From Bacteroides sp. (GTDB lineage: Bacteria; Bacteroidota; Bacteroidia; G022818785): 14,626 nucleotides of DNA. Positions within the stretch are counted from its first letter, which is position 1. The number at the start of each line of letters is the position of its first letter. Under the pieces are notes generated by a model. That model did no database searches. It was not told where the DNA came from and saw only the letters and a list, made by a program, of their open reading frames with translations. A program made the translations under genes and the position numbers. Positions 1-7,279 of this stretch are shown here, piece after piece. The stretch covers positions 271,049 to 285,674 of the forward strand of contig CP063811.1 of NCBI GenBank assembly GCA_022818785.1, written 5' to 3'.

Positions 1-906
1 TTTTTTTTTGTTTAATAGTTGTTTATTATACTCCAATTCATATAACTTATCGTATAATATTTTTAATGCGCTATTTTTATTTTGTATTTGAGATCTTTCT
101 TTTTGACATTCAATTACGATTCCACTTTTAATATGTTTTAATCTAACAGCAGTTTCAACTTTATTAACATTTTGGCCTCCATGTCCTCCAGATCTAAAAG
201 TACTCCATATTAAGTCTTTCTCATTAATATTAATAGTAATAGTATTATCAGTTAGAGGTGATACATAAACAGATGCAAATGATGTATGTCTTTTAGAATT
301 AGAATCAAAGGGTGATATTCTAACAAGCCTATGAATTCCTGTTTCGCCTTTAAGGAGACCATAACAATAGTCTCCTTTAATTTCCAAAGAACAAGATTTT
401 AAACCTGTTATATCTCCATCAATTTTATGTATGATTTTAATATCAAATTTCTTACTATTAGCCCACATCATATACATACGTAATAATATTGATGCCCAAT
501 CACAACTATCAGTTCCACCAGCACCAGCATTAATATTTACATGTGCATTTAAATAATTATCTTTATCTGAAGATAATATGTAATTAAATTTTATATCTTC
601 AAGCAACTTTAGCAAGTTGATGTATTCATCGTTTATTTCCTTTTCTGATATATCACCATTTATATAAAAATCATATAATGTATATAAATCTCTTGACAAG
701 AGATCCAATTCTTTAAACGAATTAACAGATTTTTCTATATATTTGATTTCATCAAAAAAATTTTTCTTTTTGGTTTGTTGCCAAAAGTTATTGTTTAACA
801 TTTTTGTATATGAATTATTTATATTTTTTTTATTATCATCATAATTCATAACTTTTCTAAGATGAAGGATATCTTTCTTCAATGCAAGAAGATCTTTCTT
901 ATTCAT
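1..906 (-). CDS. prfB: Peptide chain release factor 2 (3' end lies beyond the window edge)
   Basis: Manual translation from ATG at 906 gives 302 uninterrupted codons to position 1: MNKKDLLALKKDILHLRKVMNYDD...NNFW...NAGAGGTDSCDWASILLRMYMMWA...KGETGIHRLVRISPFDSNSKRHTSFASV...FRSGGHGGQNVNKVETAVRLKH. The RF2-specific SPF motif is at 307-315 and the catalytic GGQ at 172-180. It is absent from the ORF track because the stop is outside the window. Confidence 0.97.
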   Translation of the reverse strand, partial: MNKKDLLALKKDILHLRKVMNYDDNKKNINNSYTKMLNNNFWQQTKKKNFFDEIKYIEKSVNSFKELDLLSRDLYTLYDFYINGDISEKEINDEYINLLKLLEDIKFNYILSSDKDNYLNAHVNINAGAGGTDSCDWASILLRMYMMWANSKKFDIKIIHKIDGDITGLKSCSLEIKGDYCYGLLKGETGIHRLVRISPFDSNSKRHTSFASVYVSPLTDNTITININEKDLIWSTFRSGGHGGQNVNKVETAVRLKHIKSGIVIECQKERSQIQNKNSALKILYDKLYELEYNKQLLNKKK

Positions 907-920
907 ATAAGAATAAACAT

Positions 921-1844
921 TTACATATTTAAATTATTTATAATATTTCTAATAGATATTGAAGATTTATATAATAAAGAATATTCATGTTCGTTTAATT
1001 TTAACTCTATTATTTCTTCAACACCTTTTACTCCAAGTTTAACTGGAACGCCAATACATATGTCTTCTAATCCATATTCACCTTGTAATAATACTGAGCA
1101 TGGAAAAATTCTTTTTTGATCATATATAATAGATTCTACCATTTGTGCTACAGAATATGCAGGGGCTTGCCATGCAGACATACCCATTAATTTAACTAAC
1201 TCTCCCCCTCCTAACTTAGTTTGTTCGATTATATTATTTATTTGTACTTCAGTTAATAATTCATTGATAGGTATACCACTTACAGTAGTATATCTTGGCA
1301 AGGGAACCATTGTGTCACCATGACTACCTACTATAATTGAACTAATATCTTTATGTGAACAGTTTAAGGTATTAGCAATTAAATTACAATATCTAGCTTT
1401 ATCTAAAATACCCGCCATACCCATTACACAATTTGAACTAAATTTAGACGTTATAAATGAACAATATGTCATTATATCCAAAGGGTTAGATACTACTATT
1501 ATGATTGTATTAGGAGAATATTGAATTATATTCTTTGTTACATTTTTAACTATATTAGCATTAGTAATTATAAGATCATCTCTACTCATACCTGGCTTAC
1601 GGGTTAATCCAGATGTAATAATAGTAATATTAGAATTTGCTGTCATTTCATAATTATTGGTCACTCCCAATGTTTTTGTATCTGACAAACTTAAACAAGA
1701 AGCTTGTTGTATATCTAATCCTTTACCTTCTGCAATACCATTTTTTATATCTAAAAGAATAATTTCTTTTGCAATATTTTTTTGAGATATAATATTAGCA
1801 CAGCTAGAACCAACATTACCAGATCCTACTATTGTTATTTTCAT
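921..1844 (-). CDS. mdh: Malate dehydrogenase (LDH-like, NAD-dependent)
   Basis: Rossmann motif KITIVGSGNVG, DI..GIAEGKGLD, substrate loop RKPGMSRDDL (the Arg specifies malate rather than lactate), VVSNPLD, GILDKAR and catalytic His in GSHGD; 307 aa. Confidence 0.95.
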   Translation of the reverse strand: MKITIVGSGNVGSSCANIISQKNIAKEIILLDIKNGIAEGKGLDIQQASCLSLSDTKTLGVTNNYEMTANSNITIITSGLTRKPGMSRDDLIITNANIVKNVTKNIIQYSPNTIIIVVSNPLDIMTYCSFITSKFSSNCVMGMAGILDKARYCNLIANTLNCSHKDISSIIVGSHGDTMVPLPRYTTVSGIPINELLTEVQINNIIEQTKLGGGELVKLMGMSAWQAPAYSVAQMVESIIYDQKRIFPCSVLLQGEYGLEDICIGVPVKLGVKGVEEIIELKLNEHEYSLLYKSSISIRNIINNLNM

Positions 1845-1907
1845 AATTATAATTGTTTATTAATCATTAATATAAATATAATAGATAAATATGAACAATA
1901 AAATATA

Positions 1908-2612
1908 TCATATATTTAAAATTTTACAAGCTTTTTGAGAAACTTTTTGTTCAGCTTCTTTTTTACTATAGTGCTTACAAGTGTGAATGATTTTATTATT
2001 CATTATAATATCTACTTGATAAACTCTATTTTGTTCTATAAACAAGGATTTAAAATAAACATTATTACCATTTTTTTGTGCCCATTCAAGAATTTTACCT
2101 TTAAAATTTAAATTGACATATATTATGCTATTCCAATTTATATATTTATTAATAATTTTATTTATAATAAAAAATTTGGTTTTTTGAAATCCCTTATCAA
2201 GATATATTGCGCCTATTAAAGCTTCTAACATATTCCCTAATATATTACTTCTATTGAGAACAAAATTTTTATCTAATTTAACATTATGACTAAACAATTT
2301 TATCAAATCAAGCTTAAAAGCTATTTGATTTAAATTTTTTCTATTGATTATTTTAGATCTTAATTGAGTTAATTTTCCTTCTTGCATATAAGGATATTTA
2401 TTATATAAAATCTCAGAAATTATAGAATTTAATATTGAATCTCCTAAAAATTCTAATCTCTCATTATTATTTTTGCGCATTAATGAACTATGGGAAAAAG
2501 CAAGTCTATATAAATATAGATTATATGGTATATAACTAGTTATTTGATATATTTTATATATTAAAATAATATTTTTATACAAATAATTTGAATTTTTATT
2601 TAAAAAATTCAT
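1908..2612 (-). CDS. rnc: Ribonuclease III
   Basis: AFSHSS, signature NERLEFLGDSIL, EGKLTQLRS, EALIGAIYLDKG and a C-terminal dsRBD (FKGKILEWAQK...SKKEAEQK). It follows acpP-fabF, the usual Bacteroidota order. ATGA overlap with the fabF stop at 2609-2612. Confidence 0.96.
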   Translation of the reverse strand: MNFLNKNSNYLYKNIILIYKIYQITSYIPYNLYLYRLAFSHSSLMRKNNNERLEFLGDSILNSIISEILYNKYPYMQEGKLTQLRSKIINRKNLNQIAFKLDLIKLFSHNVKLDKNFVLNRSNILGNMLEALIGAIYLDKGFQKTKFFIINKIINKYINWNSIIYVNLNFKGKILEWAQKNGNNVYFKSLFIEQNRVYQVDIIMNNKIIHTCKHYSKKEAEQKVSQKACKILNI

Positions 2613-3853
2613 AAGGTATTATATTTACTGAAGACTAAAGATGTATTTTGTCCACCAAATCCAAAAGAATTAGAAATTGCATAATTAATTTTATATGATT
2701 TAGGATTATTAAAAACAAAATTAATACCGTTTGTTAATGGATCTTTAATATCATTGTTAATCGTTGGAAGGACAATATCATTTTTGATAGATAATATTGT
2801 AGCTATAGCTTCTATTACACCAGAGGCCCCTAATAAATGACCAGTCATTGATTTAGTTGAACTAACACAAGTAGATTTACTCTTATTTAAGAGCATTTTT
2901 AATCCTTTCATTTCAGATGCATCTCCTAATATGGTAGATGTACCATGAGCATTAATATAATTTATATCATTAATCTTTAAATTAGATCTTTTAATACTAT
3001 CAAGCATTACTTTATAAGATGTTTCACCATTGTAATCTGACATAGTAAAATTAATAGCATTAGAATATATTGAATATCCAATTAACTCTGCATATATATG
3101 TGCTTCTCTGTTAATCGCACTATTTAATGATTCTAATATTATAGTTCCTGCTCCTTCACCTAAAACAAATCCATCTCTATCTATAGAAAAAGGTTTGCAT
3201 GCTTTACTAGGAAATTCATTTTGCTTAGAAAGTAAATTCATTGAATTAAATGCCTTTATTCCAATTTCATCTATCATAGCTTCTGATCCGCCTGTGATAA
3301 CAATATCAGCTTCATTTAGTTGAATTAATCTATATCCATCAATAATAGCATTACTAGAAGAAGTGCATGAAGAAGATATACTATATCCTGGTCCATTAAA
3401 TCCATAATACATTATTATATATCCTACTAAAGAATTTATAACAGTTTTTGGAATAAAAAAGGGACTTAAAACATGGTTTTTATTATTTATATAATTACAT
3501 ACCTCATTTTTAAATGAGGTAACCCCTCCCATACTACTACCCCAAACAATTCCAATACTTCTTTTATCAATATTATTATCAATATTAGCATCTTTTAAAG
3601 CTTCTATAACAGAAGATAATCCATATTGAGTAAATAAATCTGTTTTTCGAACATAATTTCTGTCCATTAAATTTAATGGACAGAAATTATGTATTTCACA
3701 TGCAAATTTAGTTTTACAATTATTAGCATTAAATTTAGTAATAAAATTAGCGCCACTAGTGCACTTTAATAAATTATTCCAATAATCTTTTGTATTATCT
3801 CCTATAGGATTTAAAGTTCCTAATCCTGTTATAACTACTCTTTTATTCGACAT
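2609..3853 (-). CDS. fabF: 3-oxoacyl-ACP synthase II
   Basis: KRVVITGLG start; Cys-His-His triad in SSSCTSS, YINAHGTST and KSMTGHLLGA; RDGFVLGEGAG; SNSFGFGGQN; 414 aa; adjacent to acpP. Confidence 0.96.
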   Translation of the reverse strand: MSNKRVVITGLGTLNPIGDNTKDYWNNLLKCTSGANFITKFNANNCKTKFACEIHNFCPLNLMDRNYVRKTDLFTQYGLSSVIEALKDANIDNNIDKRSIGIVWGSSMGGVTSFKNEVCNYINNKNHVLSPFFIPKTVINSLVGYIIMYYGFNGPGYSISSSCTSSSNAIIDGYRLIQLNEADIVITGGSEAMIDEIGIKAFNSMNLLSKQNEFPSKACKPFSIDRDGFVLGEGAGTIILESLNSAINREAHIYAELIGYSIYSNAINFTMSDYNGETSYKVMLDSIKRSNLKINDINYINAHGTSTILGDASEMKGLKMLLNKSKSTCVSSTKSMTGHLLGASGVIEAIATILSIKNDIVLPTINNDIKDPLTNGINFVFNNPKSYKINYAISNSFGFGGQNTSLVFSKYNTL

Positions 3854-3868
3854 TCCTAAATATCTATA

Positions 3869-4108
3869 TCATTTTGAAATATGATTGTCAACATATTTTA
3901 ATAGATCACTTACTTTTTGTATTTTTTCTGTTTCGCTATCTTTTAACTCAATGTTTAATTCTTTTTCAACATCTATGATAATTTCTATTATATCCAGAGA
4001 ATCAGCTCCTAAATCATTAATAAAATTACTATCATCTTTAATACTATGAATAGATAAATTTAATTTATTACTTATAATAGATAAAATTCTAGATTTTAAG
4101 TTATTCAT
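3869..4108 (-). CDS. acpP: Acyl carrier protein
   Basis: 79 aa with the phosphopantetheine attachment motif NDLGADSLD; directly upstream of fabF. Confidence 0.97.
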   Translation of the reverse strand: MNNLKSRILSIISNKLNLSIHSIKDDSNFINDLGADSLDIIEIIIDVEKELNIELKDSETEKIQKVSDLLKYVDNHISK

Positions 4109-4118
4109 ATTTATATAT

Positions 4119-4153
4119 TTATTTATTATTTATTATTTATTATTTATTATTTA
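4119..4153. repeat. Perfect heptamer tandem repeat (TTATTTA)x5, i.e. (TAAATAA)x5 on the coding strand
   Basis: Read directly: 35 nt with exact period 7, spanning the TPR gene stop codon (4140-4142) and most of the spacer before acpP. Confidence 0.9.
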
Positions 4154-5732
4154 AATATAATAATATTTTGTATAGATTTTTATCATTATAATTTAATGCA
4201 AATAGCTTATTTAAATAATATTTAGCATTATACAGATCATTATTGTTATAGTAGTAATTTCCCAAATATCTATAACTTTGAGACAAAACATCAATATTAA
4301 CTTTTAATTTTTTATTAAACAAATTAATTATTTGTTCATAATAATATATAGATAACATATTACTATTCGATTTATATATATATCTATTAATTTGTGCAAG
4401 CATAAGGTATATAAAGGAATCATGATCATATTTTTCCAATAAACTTAAAAATATATTATTCGCCTTATTATATTGAAATGTATAAGTCATAAAAATGCCT
4501 AATTGTATTAAATCATCTTTTAAACTTATTAAATGTTTATCAAATAAATTAATTTTATGTTGTAATATTAAAATTCCTGTGTAATATTCTTCTATTGAAT
4601 CATAATATTTTACTATTTTAAAATAAAAATTATACAAGTCTAAACTACTATTATCATTGCAAAATTTATCTATTATATTTAAATACTTAATAACCTTTTT
4701 ATCCTTTTTAAGATACATATATGATTTTATTAAATATTTATAGTCTTCTATATTATTATCATAGTTTGATTCAATTAAATTTTTGATAATATTTTTACTA
4801 CATTCGTATTTTTTTTGTTTATAAAAAATATATCCTTTTAACCTTTTAACATCATCAGTTGTATCTTTGTCAAGATTAGTATAATTATTTAAGTAATTCA
4901 ATGATTTATCTAATTCATTAGAAATTAGCAATATTTTTATAATATTGATCTCATACATGAGATTATTATATTCAGAATATTCGTAATATTTATTGTAATA
5001 ATAAAAAGCATTCTTATAATCTTTTTTCAAAAGTTGTACAATAGACATTGCATGATATGAATTAGGATATTTAGAATCACATTCAATGGATTTTTTCAAA
5101 TAATATTCTGATAATAATATATTATTAGATTGTAATGTAATTGTACCAATAAAATAATATAAATAACTATCATAATTATTATAAACCATAGCTTTTTTTA
5201 TTTCATTAATGGCATTATAATAATCTAACGACTGTAGATATAATTTACTTTTTTCAATAAAAACTTTATAATCATTTTTTTTGCTATATTTAACTGCCAT
5301 ATCATAGTGATATTTTAATTTGTTTGTATCATTTAAATAATAACAATAACGCATCATATATATATTAAAATCTACATCTTTTATAGACAAATTATAATTT
5401 AACGTCATTTTTTCTACTAATTGATCAATATCATATTTATCATCTTGAATTGTTAATAATCCTATTATATTAGGATAACTATTAGAATTCATTTCTAATC
5501 CCTTATTAAAATATTTTTTTGCATAAAATAAATTACCTTCTTCTAAGAAAATATTACCTAATAAGTAAAGTGACAATGAAGTATTTTGATGTTTAAGATC
5601 ATTTTTATGATATAAAATAAGTTCGTTTTTAATATCATTTATTAATAGTTTTAATGAACCAAAAGAAATATTAGGAATTAATATTAATATTAATATTAAT
5701 ATTAATTTCTCTACAAGAGCTATTACAATCAT
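4140..5732 (-). CDS. Tetratricopeptide-repeat protein with an N-terminal signal/anchor sequence, probably exported
   Basis: 530 aa; hydrophobic N-terminus (KLILILILILIPNISFG); repeated TPR-like helix pairs such as LYLLGNIFLEEGNLFYAKKYFNKGLEMN, YYFIGTITLQSNNILLSEYYLKKSIECDSKY and SYRYLGNYYYNNNDLYNAKYYLNKLFALN. Confidence 0.82.
   Translation of the reverse strand: MIVIALVEKLILILILILIPNISFGSLKLLINDIKNELILYHKNDLKHQNTSLSLYLLGNIFLEEGNLFYAKKYFNKGLEMNSNSYPNIIGLLTIQDDKYDIDQLVEKMTLNYNLSIKDVDFNIYMMRYCYYLNDTNKLKYHYDMAVKYSKKNDYKVFIEKSKLYLQSLDYYNAINEIKKAMVYNNYDSYLYYFIGTITLQSNNILLSEYYLKKSIECDSKYPNSYHAMSIVQLLKKDYKNAFYYYNKYYEYSEYNNLMYEINIIKILLISNELDKSLNYLNNYTNLDKDTTDDVKRLKGYIFYKQKKYECSKNIIKNLIESNYDNNIEDYKYLIKSYMYLKKDKKVIKYLNIIDKFCNDNSSLDLYNFYFKIVKYYDSIEEYYTGILILQHKINLFDKHLISLKDDLIQLGIFMTYTFQYNKANNIFLSLLEKYDHDSFIYLMLAQINRYIYKSNSNMLSIYYYEQIINLFNKKLKVNIDVLSQSYRYLGNYYYNNNDLYNAKYYLNKLFALNYNDKNLYKILLYLNNK
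5677..5706. repeat. Perfect hexamer tandem repeat (ATTAAT)x5, self-complementary
   Basis: Read directly at 5677-5706. With the flanking A5676 and T5707 it forms a 32-bp perfect palindrome. It encodes the LILILILILI run of the TPR protein. Confidence 0.93.
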
Positions 5733-6743
5733 TTAATTTAAAATTATACACAATAATTCTTTTAATAAATCACTATCTGATATCTTATTAAGATTTTTTT
5801 CTATCTTATTATAATATTTTAAATGATTAAAAATTTTCATTATATCATCAACAGAGTAATTTTTTGCCCAAATTTTGTATTTATATATATAAAAATATTG
5901 AATTTTTAATAATTTACAGATATAATCAATTGAATTATTTTTGATTTGATGATAAAATAATATCTTATAAAATAAGATACCAATATGATTTAAAATTGTA
6001 TTAAAGTTACATTTAATATCATTTATATAAACCAAGTTTATCATTTTAAATACATTATTATTTTTATCGGCAATAGAATCAGTTAAATTGAATATACTGT
6101 ATTTTTTATTATTGGAATTATTATTAAATATAATTTTAAAATCTTCATCATTAAAAATGAAATCATTTTTTTGTAAAAACAATCTATCTAATATTTTGTT
6201 AATTACATATAAATCATTATCTAAATTATCGGATAAATATTTACATTGATTTAAACTAATTTTATATTTATGCAATTTGCAATAATTCAATATCCATTTT
6301 TCGATTTGATAATTTTTAAGTTTATTGGAAGTGAATACTACACCATACTGATTAGATATCTTAAATAAATCTGATTCTGGATTGATAATGTTATTTTTAC
6401 AACATATTATCAATATAATATTATTTGAAATAGTATAAGATTTTAAATATGACTCAAATTTATATAAATTTTTGATAGTATGAATATTATCTATGATCAA
6501 AACTCGATATTTTGATATAATAGGATATTCTTTAATTAATAATATTAAATCATTTATATCTAAATTATTATTTGCACATATATATTTATAATTGAATTCT
6601 AAATATTTTTTATTAATAAATTTATTTATAATAAGCTTGATAATAGTGTCAATATAGTAATTTTCATATCCTTGCAATAAGTAAATAGAATTTACCATGT
6701 TATTATCAATCAATTGGATCATTTTTTTGTATGTTGCAATCAT
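5733..6743 (-). CDS. holA: DNA polymerase III delta subunit (clamp loader)
   Basis: 336 aa; N-terminal IYLLQGYENYYID matches the HolA IY.l.GeE.YyID pattern; EFN, EYPIISKYRVLII, IEKWI and YSIFNLTDSI are also HolA-like. The C-terminal half is strongly AT-drifted. Confidence 0.88.
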   Translation of the reverse strand: MIATYKKMIQLIDNNMVNSIYLLQGYENYYIDTIIKLIINKFINKKYLEFNYKYICANNNLDINDLILLIKEYPIISKYRVLIIDNIHTIKNLYKFESYLKSYTISNNIILIICCKNNIINPESDLFKISNQYGVVFTSNKLKNYQIEKWILNYCKLHKYKISLNQCKYLSDNLDNDLYVINKILDRLFLQKNDFIFNDEDFKIIFNNNSNNKKYSIFNLTDSIADKNNNVFKMINLVYINDIKCNFNTILNHIGILFYKILFYHQIKNNSIDYICKLLKIQYFYIYKYKIWAKNYSVDDIMKIFNHLKYYNKIEKNLNKISDSDLLKELLCIILN

Positions 6744-6815
6744 AATTGATATATTTAGTGTTATAAAAATATTAAATATTATAAAGAATATTTAATTAAT
6801 AATAAATTATGAATA

Positions 6816-7268
6816 ATGATATTAGAGGATATTAATTTTCCATATTATGATTTTCTTTTTAAGAAATATAAAAACAAATTATATATTATGGATATAATAA
6901 GAAATAAATATGTAATTTGTAATAAAGAAGAATGGGTAAGACAAAATTTAATACATTATATGATAAAAGAAAAAAAATGTAATATTTTTGCAATGAAAGT
7001 AGAAAAAACAATTAATATAAATAATCAGTTGAAAAAATTAGATCTTATTATATATAATGATAATAGACAAGTATGGCTCATAGCAGAATGTAAAAACAAT
7101 ATTAAAAAAATAGATGAATATGTTTTTTATCAAATAAAATCATATAATATACAATGCAAAGCTAAATATATTTTAATAACTAATGGTTTAAATCATTATT
7201 GTTGTAAATCAAATTTTCTTAAAAATCAATATCAATTCTTAAAAGAAATACCATTTTATAATCAGTAA
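6816..7268 (+). CDS. Stand-alone type I restriction enzyme HsdR N-terminal-like (HSDR_N_2-type) PD-(D/E)xK nuclease-fold protein
   Basis: 150 aa with INFP, D.IR.KY, EEWVRQ, VEK, D76, E91-C-K93, Q106xxxY110 and ITNGLNHY. There are no helicase motifs and no hsdM/hsdS in the window. Confidence 0.88.
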   Translation: MILEDINFPYYDFLFKKYKNKLYIMDIIRNKYVICNKEEWVRQNLIHYMIKEKKCNIFAMKVEKTININNQLKKLDLIIYNDNRQVWLIAECKNNIKKIDEYVFYQIKSYNIQCKAKYILITNGLNHYCCKSNFLKNQYQFLKEIPFYNQ

Positions 7269-7279
7269 AATGTAATCTT

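Noticed and set aside
688-704. Inverted repeat ATCTCTTG-A-CAAGAGAT
   Set aside because: It has 8-bp arms with a 1-nt spacer inside the prfB coding sequence and no second copy that I noticed; compatible with chance.
859-900. Imperfect 21-nt duplication at the prfB start (KKDLLAL/KKDILHL, 14 of 21 nt identical)
   Set aside because: Explained by helical heptad periodicity and limited codon choice; the N-terminal length is normal for RF2.
862-1119. 85-aa plus-strand ORF in the track
   Set aside because: It is antisense to the mdh 3' end and prfB 5' end and has no recognisable motif; a shadow ORF.
2210-2245. RNase III second acidic cluster reads GNMLEALIG (Asn where E. coli has Asp114)
   Set aside because: As I recall, Asn at this position is common in Bacteroidota RNase III, and the essential Asp (LGD) and Glu (EA) are intact; not evidence of inactivation.
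6983-6990. TATTTTTG, a perfect TAnnTTTG promoter match inside the nuclease gene
   Set aside because: The motif is expected often by chance at this AT content and lies about 290 nt from the thrS start; it cannot be supported without TSS data.
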